Shown one piece after another: positions 40,097 through 49,863 of a DNA stretch of 64,000 nt. The stretch covers positions 32,576 through 96,575 of the forward strand of contig CAYXCH010000006.1 in NCBI GenBank assembly GCA_964463705.1. Direction: 5' to 3'. Every line of letters starts with the position of its first letter. Position 1 is the stretch's first letter. Made by a program: the position numbers and the translations under genes. The notes below the pieces were generated by a model, which did not search any database, was not told the origin of the DNA, and worked only from the letters and a program-made list of their open reading frames with translations. Source of the DNA: an uncultured Pseudobdellovibrionaceae bacterium (lineage in GTDB: Bacteria; Patescibacteriota; Minisyncoccia; Moranbacterales; GCA-2747515).

Positions 40097-41512
40097 TTAC
40101 TTACTCACATCAACCAAAAACTTGTAAAGGTTGCGTTTTCCGATAATCATCGGATATTTGAGCTTACTGCGGTCTACAATATTAACTTTTGCCACAATGC
40201 GTACTCCATCCATAATGAACGCCAGTTTTACAACCGGGCGAATCGTTGCGCCACTGGAAGAAAACACAACGGCAACATCTTCCAACTCCGGAATACACTG
40301 CCCGTATCGCTGCATAATACGCGACTTAATTTCACCCTCTCGTTCCGGCGATAACACACTATCGCCGTAATCAATACGATCAAATGCATCCAGTGTTTCA
40401 CCAAATCCCAACTCCCGTGCCAGCGCACGATCAATGGAGGTGGAGTATGCACCGGTGTCAATTTTTGCACTAACGGTGCGTTCGGTACCGTTTCGTCCAA
40501 TCAATGTTACCGTTTCTATGGATCCGATTACACGCTTTCCGGTTGTCTGCTCCACCGATTCCTCAACTTCTCCGCCAAAGAGGTCTTTACCGACACGAAC
40601 ACCGTGCGCAACACTCTTGATTGTTACACCGCTTACTCGTTCCAATCGCTCTTTTAACGGTGCCATATTGGCAATCTGAATAGACAACCCGGGTCGTGCA
40701 TTTAACTCCAAAAATACCGGTCCGCGCTCACGATCAATTACCACATCCGCTCCCAAAAATCCCAACCCGCTCGCCTCCTGCGCCTTCACCGCCAATGTCA
40801 AAATCTCATCCCATTGCGGAATTTTAATACCGGAAAGTAACATACGTGTCCCCGGCGCATATTCCACAATCCGCCCCTTTCCTTGAATTGCCGTAGTTGT
40901 TACTCCCGTTGCCATATCAATTCCGACACCAACACCTCCAAGCTGTAAATTCGCCTTCCCTCCACTCTCACGTGTAGGAAGCCGCAACATTGCCATTACC
41001 GGAACACGATTGTACACGATAATGCGCAGATCCGGAATTCCCCGATATGCATAGGGACGGAACAATTTCAACAGCGTTAACCGCTCTTCAATCAATACCG
41101 TGTCGGATACTCCGGATAACGCAAACGCTCCTTCCACAATATTGTAGCAGTGTGCGGCAATATCTTGTGCGGTAACAATACTCCCATCCGCCTTCACCCA
41201 AGCGTCATGCATTCCCTTCTTTCGCCCGAATACCACCACAATACCGCCACCGCCAAACCCGCGATTTGGCTTGATAACAAATGATTCCGGAAGACTGGAG
41301 TAATCAAATGTACGGACATCGTCATAAGTGCGCAGCGTGGCGATGCGTGTCGGCGTCGGCACACCGGCGCGCGATAATACGTCCTTGCTGAGAATTTTAT
41401 CATCGGCAATACTGCGTGCGGCGGATAAATTCAACGGTCGCACATACGTTAAGTTGCGCGCATTCATTCCCAGGATCCGGTGCGCGTTTCGCACCATCCG
41501 TAATATGTTCAT
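40097..41512 (-). CDS. Alpha-L-glutamate-ligase-like ATP-grasp protein fused to a C-terminal retropepsin-like (RimB-type) aspartyl protease
   Basis: LGMNARN, DDK, KPNRGFGG, ANLQLGG, ELNARPGL; then AKIDTGAYSTS, RPVV, IIGKR. Confidence 0.85.
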   Translation of the reverse strand: MNILRMVRNAHRILGMNARNLTYVRPLNLSAARSIADDKILSKDVLSRAGVPTPTRIATLRTYDDVRTFDYSSLPESFVIKPNRGFGGGGIVVVFGRKKGMHDAWVKADGSIVTAQDIAAHCYNIVEGAFALSGVSDTVLIEERLTLLKLFRPYAYRGIPDLRIIVYNRVPVMAMLRLPTRESGGKANLQLGGVGVGIDMATGVTTTAIQGKGRIVEYAPGTRMLLSGIKIPQWDEILTLAVKAQEASGLGFLGADVVIDRERGPVFLELNARPGLSIQIANMAPLKERLERVSGVTIKSVAHGVRVGKDLFGGEVEESVEQTTGKRVIGSIETVTLIGRNGTERTVSAKIDTGAYSTSIDRALARELGFGETLDAFDRIDYGDSVLSPEREGEIKSRIMQRYGQCIPELEDVAVVFSSSGATIRPVVKLAFIMDGVRIVAKVNIVDRSKLKYPMIIGKRNLYKFLVDVSK

Positions 41513-41516
41513 ACAC

Positions 41517-42209
41517 TTACTTCATGCGCATCAGTACATCGCGGAAGCGAATGTACTCGGAAAATCGCAATCCCGTCCATTTACCTACGATAATATTCAG
41601 CGGAATTACCAATAATACACTGTACGGGTGCGCAAATACAAACATTTGGATAGCGCGAGATGACAGCAATGCATGTCCCAACAGTGCCACCACCAACGTC
41701 TCCACCGCCAATAATATCGCCGTCTTTGTTCCTTTTTCAATTTGTACCGCCACAAACTTCTCCGCAATCATCACCAACACAATCAACGGAAACACGTAAA
41801 TGGTGGCAAACCCGGTTCGCTGAAAGTATGCTCCGATTACCAACACCGCCAAGGTTGTAAATGACAATAACGTCATGGTAATCGCTACGCGCGGAAGGTA
41901 CAAAATTCGCACATGGCGCAGAACGGCACGGGAGGCAATGCCCACAACAATCACCGCAATATAAATGGTAATCCCGTACCGCAAATCATATAACATGTCT
42001 CCCAACGCAAACCCGTCATAGCGTGCGTCACTGATCATATAAAACACCAGAGCAATAATGGAAGGGGTGTAAATTCCAAATGCCTTAATTCCAATCACCT
42101 GACGCAGAACAGCCACCAGTGTCGCCACCAGCGGAAACAATAACAAAAGCAGCACCGTTTGGTCCGGAATTCCCAAATAAACAATGATATTATTGATCAT
42201 CGGATGCAT
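41517..42209 (-). CDS. 7TM domain protein (type usually linked to ATP-grasp/inactive transglutaminase loci)
   Basis: RQVIGIKAFGIYTP, LPRVA, FPLIVL...EK, GKWTGLRFSEYIRF. Confidence 0.85.
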   Translation of the reverse strand: MHPMINNIIVYLGIPDQTVLLLLLFPLVATLVAVLRQVIGIKAFGIYTPSIIALVFYMISDARYDGFALGDMLYDLRYGITIYIAVIVVGIASRAVLRHVRILYLPRVAITMTLLSFTTLAVLVIGAYFQRTGFATIYVFPLIVLVMIAEKFVAVQIEKGTKTAILLAVETLVVALLGHALLSSRAIQMFVFAHPYSVLLVIPLNIIVGKWTGLRFSEYIRFRDVLMRMK

Positions 42210-42230
42210 AATTGCAGTATACCAAAGAAA

Positions 42231-42716
42231 CTACATTTGCACACTGTTACGCATGGCTGCATGGCAAATAGCTACCGCCAATGCATCCGCCGCATCGTCC
42301 GGAGTCGGTAAATCGGAAAGGGTGCAAATTTTTTGCACCATCAGTTGCACTTGGTGTTTTTGCGCCCGCCCATGTCCCGTCACCGACTGCTTTACCTGCG
42401 AAGGAGTGTATGCGTCAATGGAAAGATTAGCATTGGCACACGCCGCCAGTAACACCCCGCGCGCCTGTGCAACGGGAATTACCGTTGTATGATTTTTCGC
42501 AAAAAACAACCGTTCCACCGCCGCTTCCTGCGGAGTGTACCGTGTAATAATCTGAGCAATATCTCGGGCGATTTCCGCCAACCGCTGCGCGTCGGATAAT
42601 ACGCTGTCCGTGGTAATACAACCATGCGCAACATGATGAATACGGGAACCATCCGCATCAATCACTCCCCAGCCGACAATCGCCGTCCCGGGATCAATAC
42701 CTAAAATTCTTGTCAT
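42231..42716 (-). CDS. ruvC: Holliday junction resolvase
   Basis: ILGIDPG, E..FF, QARG, DDAADALAVAICH. Confidence 0.96.
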   Translation of the reverse strand: MTRILGIDPGTAIVGWGVIDADGSRIHHVAHGCITTDSVLSDAQRLAEIARDIAQIITRYTPQEAAVERLFFAKNHTTVIPVAQARGVLLAACANANLSIDAYTPSQVKQSVTGHGRAQKHQVQLMVQKICTLSDLPTPDDAADALAVAICHAAMRNSVQM

Positions 42717-43426
42717 GATACTGTCGTAAACACCTCTTGCACATCATCACAATCTTCTATTGCCGCGCGCAATTTTTCATACGCCGCCGCATCAGCATCA
42801 TTTAACACAGTCTCTTGTGTCGGAACATACGCAATGCGTGCGTCCACCACCGTTGCTCCCTCCGCTTCCAACGCCTCTCGCACCCGATGCAAATCTGACA
42901 CCGCCGTTGTAACAATCATCGTCTCTCCTTCCATCTCAATATCCTGTGCCCCACTTTCAATCGCCGCCAATTCTATACGTTCCGTATCATCCGCCGTTAC
43001 CGCCAACTGTCCAACATGAGAAAATTGAAACAATACACCGCCACCGGACACAAATTTTCCACCATTTTTCTTCAATGCCGTTTTTACATCCGTCAGCGTA
43101 CGATTTGTATTATCCGTGGCACAGACGATAACAAACGCACTTCCTCCCGGTCCCATTGCCTCATACACAACCTCCTCAATCCGCGCACCATCACCACCCT
43201 CACCGGTTCCGCGCGCAATCGCCCGCGCAATATTATCCTTGGGCATATTAATTGCTCGCGCCTTCTCAATCGCCATTTTCAATGATGCGTTCATTTCCGG
43301 ATCTCCGCCGCCATGTTGAGCCGCCAGCGTAATCGCTTTTGCTGCAACAGTAAACAACTTCGCGCGCTTTGCGTCTTGCGCTCCTTTACGATGCTTAATA
43401 TTCGCCCATTTACTGTGTCCCGCCAT
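42713..43426 (-). CDS. yebC: YebC/PmpR-family protein
   Basis: MAGHSKWANIKHRK, YE..GPGG, TDN.NRT. Confidence 0.96.
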   Translation of the reverse strand: MAGHSKWANIKHRKGAQDAKRAKLFTVAAKAITLAAQHGGGDPEMNASLKMAIEKARAINMPKDNIARAIARGTGEGGDGARIEEVVYEAMGPGGSAFVIVCATDNTNRTLTDVKTALKKNGGKFVSGGGVLFQFSHVGQLAVTADDTERIELAAIESGAQDIEMEGETMIVTTAVSDLHRVREALEAEGATVVDARIAYVPTQETVLNDADAAAYEKLRAAIEDCDDVQEVFTTVS

Positions 43427-46079
43427 ACAATTCTTTCTTACGTTGATTCTGTGTATTCATCATACCATGATTTCTTAATATCGCTGCCGCATAAAGTGCT
43501 GCGGGGTCCGGCATTTGTGCGGGAAGTACCGCCGCTCTCCCCGTTCGCGGAATTAGCTCTGTTGTTGGGTATGATATCGGGCGGGGTGATAGGGTGGGTA
43601 CAATTCGCGTCATTATCACTCGTATGTTCTCCCATACCGTGGGAACAACAACACCCGCATCATGCACTGTTACCACCTTCGCTCCCGCCACACGCGGCGC
43701 GTTGGGAACACCAAACTCATTATCCCATGCACGGGCAATTATCGCTGATACATCGGGGGTGGCTATGGCACGTGCGAATTTCCGAGATGCAGATGATTGT
43801 ACGGTGTTTACTGCAGAAATATCCCAATACCACCCGCTGTCATGAGCTCGCCGGCGATACACCGCTCCCGACGGAATTGTTGTGGTATTAGCGGGCGGCA
43901 TGTACCGCACCGTATACGCCACACTGTCATCCGGACGACGCAATTGAACAATTCCACCGGCATTGGGAAGTGTAAATGCACTGTGACGCGAAACGATGTG
44001 CTTCTCTTCCCCATCATGAAGAACGATACGGCGACGAAACGGGTGGCGTGTCAATTGTTTCATTGTTGTGCCGGTTGCGATACTCCATCCGCGTAAATCC
44101 ACACGCGCATCAGAAGTATTTTTAATGACAATATATTCCGTTCCCGTATCGGCACCCGGTGGATTTGGCGCTACAGCGCGAATCTTTACAGCATGACGCG
44201 GATAGGTACGTACACGCACCACCTCCGTTTGTACCGTCTCCTCACTACCGTCTTGAATGCGAAGATGTACCGTATACGTACCGGTGCGTTTATAGAGATG
44301 AGACGTTTTTGCGCGATAGCTACGATGACCATCTCCAAAGTCCCAGCGATATCGCAATGCATCTCCATCATCATCTGTCGCCCGAACGGAAAATGATGCA
44401 CGAACATTGCGATAGATCGTGTCCGGAATATTCACCGACACGATCTGCGGGCGCGCATTAAACATGTTTGCCGCACCCGGTGTGCGCTTCTTGCTCCACC
44501 GATACGCTCCCTCTGTTGTACGGTTAAGCGATGCACCTTCGGGGGCACTGCGGGAAAACTCCACCGTATCCACTATCGTTTCCCCGCCGTCTTCCGTTGG
44601 AGCGGATAGTGTCACACGCTCTGCAGAGTTATTTAACGCAAAGCCGAATGTACGGCGTGAAACAACCATCAATGACTGTGGCATAAGCGTTGTGTGATCA
44701 TCAAACACATAACGTGCGCCGGACACATCACTCAATACCCAGGCATGCAACGATACGGCACGGTTCTCCATATTGTACAACTCAATATATTCTTCCGCCT
44801 GCTCATCACCGGACGGATTGGGATACAATTCATTGATAACAACGCGCGCTCCATCATAAGATGGTGGGCATTGCACTGTTCGTAAGATTGGATGTGTACA
44901 TCGCCGAGCTATTGTTGTAGTACCGTTTTCATGCGCAACGTATTCCTCGTTCCCGGGGTTTCGCACCGGTGTCGCACCAAACGGATCACGCAATGCATCG
45001 CCCCATGCCACTGCATCCACTACCACTCGTTTATCATCCAGTAGTGCAATACTGTTGTTGGGAGAAAGTCGAGCGGACACACTTGTATTAACACCGTCGG
45101 CACGGGAAGCATAGCGGCTGTCAGCGGGAGCATAGATAAATTGTTCCCCGGAATGTAACACCGTATCTCCGAATGTATACACTTTCGTACTGGTGCTCAA
45201 ACGAGTTACTTCACCGTGTTGCGATCGGGTACGCTTACGCAAATACCAGCCATGTAATGACACATCACACTCCGTAATATTTCTTATTATTACCGAATCA
45301 TTTTTTGTGCTATCCGCATCTCCGATTGTCACTGCGACAATGCGAACAGCGTGATCATCACAAGATGATTCCTCACTCTTCACGTTATCAGGTGAACTAT
45401 TATCCCCTACATTATTGGGTAAATTATTATCCTTTGTATTGGTATTTATTTCATCAGACGTTGTGGATGATGACTCCACAGTATTCATTGGTGATGAGTC
45501 TGATGGTGTATTCTGTTTTGGCTGATTTGATGGTGCGGTATCAGGTGGTGACACATCATTACTGAGTGATGCATCATCAGTGGATGACGTGGCAGAAGAT
45601 TGTGTAGACACAGTGTTATCTTCCGCTAAATTATTTTCTACATCAGAAACAACAGCAGTATCGGATACCGTTTCCGAACTTACCGCATTAGATGAGGTGT
45701 CGGATGAGGAGGATGGTGATTGTTCAAGAGGTGCAGATATTGCCGCTCGATCGTCGGAGTGCTCCGTGGTGGAAGAAGTGGTGCCGGATGTATTGGAAAT
45801 ATTCGTTTCGTGATATGAGGAAGGATTATCCGGTGATATATCAAGTTCCTTTTCCGTAGATGATGATTGTATGGATTGATTAGTGGGTATTTCCTCCGAT
45901 GCAACATCATCAGAAGGTGATACCTCACCGTCGGAAGATAACTCTGATGGAACAGGAGTATCTTCGGACAACTCCTGCGCTTTTACATACAGGGTACTAC
46001 CGCCAAATATTACCACCCCATATAACACACCAAGCCATAACAATCGCCCATACCCTCTCTCACTGTCGCGTCGTTTCAT
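43410..46079 (-). CDS. Surface protein with S/D-rich stalk, lamin-tail domains and a PKD domain
   Basis: Signal/TM after ATG 46079; INELYPNP...EYIELYN and related LTD-like repeats; WDFGDG. Confidence 0.82.
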   Translation of the reverse strand: MKRRDSERGYGRLLWLGVLYGVVIFGGSTLYVKAQELSEDTPVPSELSSDGEVSPSDDVASEEIPTNQSIQSSSTEKELDISPDNPSSYHETNISNTSGTTSSTTEHSDDRAAISAPLEQSPSSSSDTSSNAVSSETVSDTAVVSDVENNLAEDNTVSTQSSATSSTDDASLSNDVSPPDTAPSNQPKQNTPSDSSPMNTVESSSTTSDEINTNTKDNNLPNNVGDNSSPDNVKSEESSCDDHAVRIVAVTIGDADSTKNDSVIIRNITECDVSLHGWYLRKRTRSQHGEVTRLSTSTKVYTFGDTVLHSGEQFIYAPADSRYASRADGVNTSVSARLSPNNSIALLDDKRVVVDAVAWGDALRDPFGATPVRNPGNEEYVAHENGTTTIARRCTHPILRTVQCPPSYDGARVVINELYPNPSGDEQAEEYIELYNMENRAVSLHAWVLSDVSGARYVFDDHTTLMPQSLMVVSRRTFGFALNNSAERVTLSAPTEDGGETIVDTVEFSRSAPEGASLNRTTEGAYRWSKKRTPGAANMFNARPQIVSVNIPDTIYRNVRASFSVRATDDDGDALRYRWDFGDGHRSYRAKTSHLYKRTGTYTVHLRIQDGSEETVQTEVVRVRTYPRHAVKIRAVAPNPPGADTGTEYIVIKNTSDARVDLRGWSIATGTTMKQLTRHPFRRRIVLHDGEEKHIVSRHSAFTLPNAGGIVQLRRPDDSVAYTVRYMPPANTTTIPSGAVYRRRAHDSGWYWDISAVNTVQSSASRKFARAIATPDVSAIIARAWDNEFGVPNAPRVAGAKVVTVHDAGVVVPTVWENIRVIMTRIVPTLSPRPISYPTTELIPRTGRAAVLPAQMPDPAALYAAAILRNHGMMNTQNQRKKELYGGTQ

Positions 46080-46680
46080 CACTCTTTTGTCCCACCTCTT
46101 TGCCGATTGATTCCTGATACGCCTCTCGCTGGCGCTGTACAAGCATTGCCTTAATTGCGTACGGATCGGGAACACGACGAAATAAAAATCGGGAGTGTTC
46201 CGCTGCCGTTTGTACTTCCACATCTCCAAAATTCAATAATGTCGGAATAAATCCGCGTACTTTTGTTGTTACATCCTGTACCGTATGAAAATGCAATTCA
46301 CTGACATGACGAGAAAATAATCCTTTTTGTTCAATATTAATCACTCGCTGATCCGTTACCACCCATACGTCCAGCCAGTAATCAATCCAGATAATAAATC
46401 CATAAAACCATAGCCATATCAGTATGACACTGTTAACAAACAATACTGTCCACAATGACAGTCCATTTAACTCAAATACGCGAATGATTTCTTCCGCCAT
46501 TATAATGCTGATTAATTGCAATATCACAACCACCGCAATCAGCGCATAGTGCATCGTAATATCAAACCAGTGCCGATGAATCACCCAAAGAATCTTCTCA
46601 TCATCTCGCTGACCCGAAAAATGATAATGAGAAAAGTCCTCAAAGTCATGTGTTACAATACCGCGAAATTTATGTGTCAT
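46060..46680 (-). CDS. Membrane protein with a bacterial PH domain
   Basis: Two TM helices, VVTDQRVI, QKGLF, QDVT, FGDVEVQTA. Confidence 0.82.
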   Translation of the reverse strand: MTHKFRGIVTHDFEDFSHYHFSGQRDDEKILWVIHRHWFDITMHYALIAVVVILQLISIIMAEEIIRVFELNGLSLWTVLFVNSVILIWLWFYGFIIWIDYWLDVWVVTDQRVINIEQKGLFSRHVSELHFHTVQDVTTKVRGFIPTLLNFGDVEVQTAAEHSRFLFRRVPDPYAIKAMLVQRQREAYQESIGKEVGQKSDETTRQ

Positions 46681-46685
46681 AGGAT

Positions 46686-46946
46686 TTAAAATTTCGTATC
46701 AAATACACCGGGCGCGCGATTATACTCTTCTCGCAACATTTGCACACCCTCTCGTGCCGATGATATCGCAAATACAAACAATACAATTTGAATCACCACC
46801 AACACTACCGTTATCATCGAAAAAAAACGAATCGCTGTCCGTGCCAAGTCTTTATTGATTGTGTATGTTTTCAAGTGGTAAATAATTACCCATACAATCA
46901 CCCCATACACAACAAGAAGAAATGGAAATGCCAAAAATATCATCAT
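46686..46946 (-). CDS. Small two-TM membrane protein
   Basis: 86 aa, start overlaps the ruvB stop. Confidence 0.65.
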   Translation of the reverse strand: MMIFLAFPFLLVVYGVIVWVIIYHLKTYTINKDLARTAIRFFSMITVVLVVIQIVLFVFAISSAREGVQMLREEYNRAPGVFDTKF

Positions 46947-48001
46947 AGACGTAATCGTGTTCGCATTTCATGATACCGTGGAGGAATCGATTTGTCCAAA
47001 TGTGAAAATGCTCGTTCCAATACAACGCGCCCGCGCGGTGTTCGCATTAAAAATCCACATTGGATCAGATACGGTTCATATACTTCCTCCAACGTGTACA
47101 CTTCCTCTCCCAATGCCGCCGCCAATGTTTTTACTCCCACCGGCCCCCCACCAAAATCATCAATGATTTTTGACAATAACGCCCGATCCATCGCTTCCAA
47201 ACCACTGTGATCAATTTCCATTAACTCCAATGCAGCATCCACCACATCCTCTGTTACCGATGTTGCATTGTGCGCTTGCGCAAAATCCCGCACTCGCCGC
47301 ATTAGCCGATTAGCAACACGTGGCGTCCGACGAACACGCTGTGATAGCGCCCGTATCGCCGCCGCCTCCATCTTCACTTCCAATAATCGCGCACTTCTGG
47401 CAATAATCTGTTCCATTTCCTCCTCCTCATAAAATGCCAGCCGGTACACACTCCCGAACCGATTGCGTAACGGATTGGATAATGCGCCCATCTGTGTTGT
47501 CGCACCAATTAACGTAAACCGTGGCAACTCCAACTGCACACTGCGCGCTCCCGGACCCTTACCGACAATCAAATCAATCACTCCATCCTCCATTGCCGGA
47601 TACAACACCTCCTCCACTGTCTTACGAAGACGGTGAATTTCATCAATAAACAACACATCACCATCGGAGAGATTGGTTAATAATGCTCCCAAATCTCCCA
47701 CACGCTCAATCGCCGGACCACTTGTTACCGTAATTCCCACATTCATCTCCCGAGCGATAATATGCGACAGTGTTGTTTTTCCCAGCCCGGCACTTCCGTA
47801 AAACAACATATGATCAATAACATCTCCACGGGACTTTGCGGCGTCAATAACAATCTTAATATTGCGCTTAATGGATTGCTGCCCGATATAATCTCGCAAG
47901 TACTGCGGGCGCAGTGCGCGATCAATATCATCGCGCTTTGTCGCATCCACCGCTCTCGTTCCTGTATTATGTGATGTTTGATGTCCGATATCAATGGCCA
48001 T
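46943..48001 (-). CDS. ruvB: Holliday junction branch migration helicase
   Basis: LRP, GLGKTT, FIDEIHR, LYPAMED, GATT, RTPRGR. Confidence 0.97.
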   Translation of the reverse strand: MAIDIGHQTSHNTGTRAVDATKRDDIDRALRPQYLRDYIGQQSIKRNIKIVIDAAKSRGDVIDHMLFYGSAGLGKTTLSHIIAREMNVGITVTSGPAIERVGDLGALLTNLSDGDVLFIDEIHRLRKTVEEVLYPAMEDGVIDLIVGKGPGARSVQLELPRFTLIGATTQMGALSNPLRNRFGSVYRLAFYEEEEMEQIIARSARLLEVKMEAAAIRALSQRVRRTPRVANRLMRRVRDFAQAHNATSVTEDVVDAALELMEIDHSGLEAMDRALLSKIIDDFGGGPVGVKTLAAALGEEVYTLEEVYEPYLIQCGFLMRTPRGRVVLERAFSHLDKSIPPRYHEMRTRLRL

Positions 48002-48005
48002 AAAC

Positions 48006-48034
48006 TTGACAAAAAATCATTGATGTGTTATTTT
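48006..48034 (+). promoter_or_regulatory. Sigma70-type promoter for the candidate RNA
   Basis: TTGACA-17 nt-TATTTT. Confidence 0.55.
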
Positions 48035-48057
48035 ACTACGTTGTACCTTGAGGTTGG

Positions 48058-48240
48058 AAGCGATGGGAATTCTGCAGAGGCGTTGACTGCCCTATCTTTT
48101 CAGTCAACGTCGCGGTCACTTGACTGTCCAGATCGGGTGGGGTGGGCAACACAATCGTGTTGTGCTGCGCCATACCTCGACTCAGTGACCCCGTGTTCGG
48201 TAACGCGACACATTCATCTGCAGAATTCTCATCGCTTTTT
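48058..48240 (+). ncRNA. Candidate ~180-nt structured RNA (possibly 6S-like; unassigned)
   Basis: 21-bp closing helix, three internal hairpins, G-U pairs favouring the plus strand, U-tract at the 3' end. Confidence 0.62.
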
Positions 48241-48241
48241 A

Positions 48242-48550
48242 TTATACACCAGTTTGCGCGACAACGCGGCGCACAACGGTTGCGTGACATGTCGTATTGA
48301 CATGCTCACACAACGCCGCCCGCGCCATCCATAATTCTTGCGCCCATAGCGCATCCGATACCGATACAATCAATACACCCGTTCGCAACGCTGTTACTCG
48401 CATCGCCGCCGCACCGCGACGACCATACTCTCGCTCAATATACCGTTGCGCAATATATATAACCGTCTTTTCATCCGGTACGCTACCGGACTCCGACGCA
48501 GTGGAGCGCCGTGACGCAAAGCGATCGGAAGAAATCGTTAGCTTTTTCAT
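48242..48550 (-). CDS. DciA/DUF721-family helicase-loader protein
   Basis: GVLIVSVSDALWAQEL motif; directly downstream of dnaN. Confidence 0.7.
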   Translation of the reverse strand: MKKLTISSDRFASRRSTASESGSVPDEKTVIYIAQRYIEREYGRRGAAAMRVTALRTGVLIVSVSDALWAQELWMARAALCEHVNTTCHATVVRRVVAQTGV

Positions 48551-49653
48551 GTGCGAATCGGCATCACGACATAACGATACGCCGTTGCGCCATCATGTGG
48601 CACAATCAGCACCGGAGCGGCGGGCTGCGTAATATGGATTTCCACCGAATCACTGCCACATCGCGATACACCATCCAACACATACCGAGGATTAAGACGC
48701 AATGTTTGCGATCCTCCTTCCACCGTTGCCGAAAGCGTTGTTGTGTGTGTACCGCTTTCCTGTGACGCCGCGGACAGCGTTAGTGTATCTTTTTCCACCG
48801 CCATTTCCATATCACTGTTAATGCGATGAGCGAATGTTTGCGCCACTCGTAAGGCCTTCTCCATATCTCCACGAGATACTACCGCCACTGTTTCACCACG
48901 AGAAGGAATGATTTGCGCATAATCCGGATATGTCGCCGCAATCAATCGTGACACAATCGTAACATCACCGCAACGAACAAACATCTGCCCATCACCTACC
49001 ATCATCCGCACCCCATCATCCGGTACATCCGTCAACACGGAAAGAAGTTCCGCAACAGCGGATGCCGGAACGATAACACTATCGGTAAACCCTCCTTCGG
49101 TACGAGTACACCGCACCTCCGCCAAACGAAATCCATCCGTTGCGGCAAGAACAATATCTTCTCCGTCCGATGCAATAAATACCCCACCCAATTCCGGACG
49201 CGCTTCCGTCTTTGCAACACAGGGAATCACGCGAGACAGTGCATCACGAAATGACGCCACCGGCACTACAACCGCCGTCTCCGCCGACTCCGCAGATGGC
49301 AATGGGGGGAAATCCGCCGCATCCAACATTGGAAGCGTCGCCTGACTCCTCTTTGCACGAATCAATACCGAGCGATCTTGTGTTTCAATTGTTACCACAT
49401 CATCATCTTGCAGTGGCGCGATAAAGCTCCCTAATAAATGCGGCGCACATACCACCTGCCCATCGCGTTCCGCTTTCGCCGACAACTGCACCCGCACACC
49501 GACATCCAAATTTGTCGCTACACAAGATGCAATACCATCACCGACGGATAATAAAACATTTCGCACAATGGGCAATGTACCATCTCGTGCCACCGCCTTT
49601 GCGCTCAACCGAAGCGCGCGATCCAAATGTTGTTTTGTAATGGTAATCTTCAT
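48547..49653 (-). CDS. dnaN: DNA polymerase III beta clamp
   Basis: LPI..NVL, ATNL, RPELGG, ATDGFRL, YPDY, VMPIR. Confidence 0.96.
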   Translation of the reverse strand: MKITITKQHLDRALRLSAKAVARDGTLPIVRNVLLSVGDGIASCVATNLDVGVRVQLSAKAERDGQVVCAPHLLGSFIAPLQDDDVVTIETQDRSVLIRAKRSQATLPMLDAADFPPLPSAESAETAVVVPVASFRDALSRVIPCVAKTEARPELGGVFIASDGEDIVLAATDGFRLAEVRCTRTEGGFTDSVIVPASAVAELLSVLTDVPDDGVRMMVGDGQMFVRCGDVTIVSRLIAATYPDYAQIIPSRGETVAVVSRGDMEKALRVAQTFAHRINSDMEMAVEKDTLTLSAASQESGTHTTTLSATVEGGSQTLRLNPRYVLDGVSRCGSDSVEIHITQPAAPVLIVPHDGATAYRYVVMPIRT

Positions 49654-49863
49654 AAGAATATAAATCTTATTATTATTAGCGATGTGGAAAGTGTGGAAAA
49701 GACGGGAAATCCGCAGAAGAATAGCATATGTTCAGAGGATAATCTTGTGCGGAATTGTACAAACAGTGTGGATGATTCTGTTATGTGGAGTTTTCCAGAG
49801 GGTTGTCCCATCCACATCCACAACGGTTATACACAGTGTCTCGGGAGGTGTTCACAGTAGTTT
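49654..49863. promoter_or_regulatory. oriC part 2 (dnaA-dnaN spacer) with DnaA boxes and AT-rich unwinding element
   Basis: TTWTNCACA matches at 49692-49700 and 49827-49835, one-mismatch boxes at 49683 and 49767, trinucleotide tract 49667-49679; plus strand changes from C-rich to G-rich around here. Confidence 0.82.

Noticed and set aside
48036-48334. Short ORFs across the ruvB-dciA spacer
   Set aside because: No recognisable motifs; the region is better explained by RNA structure
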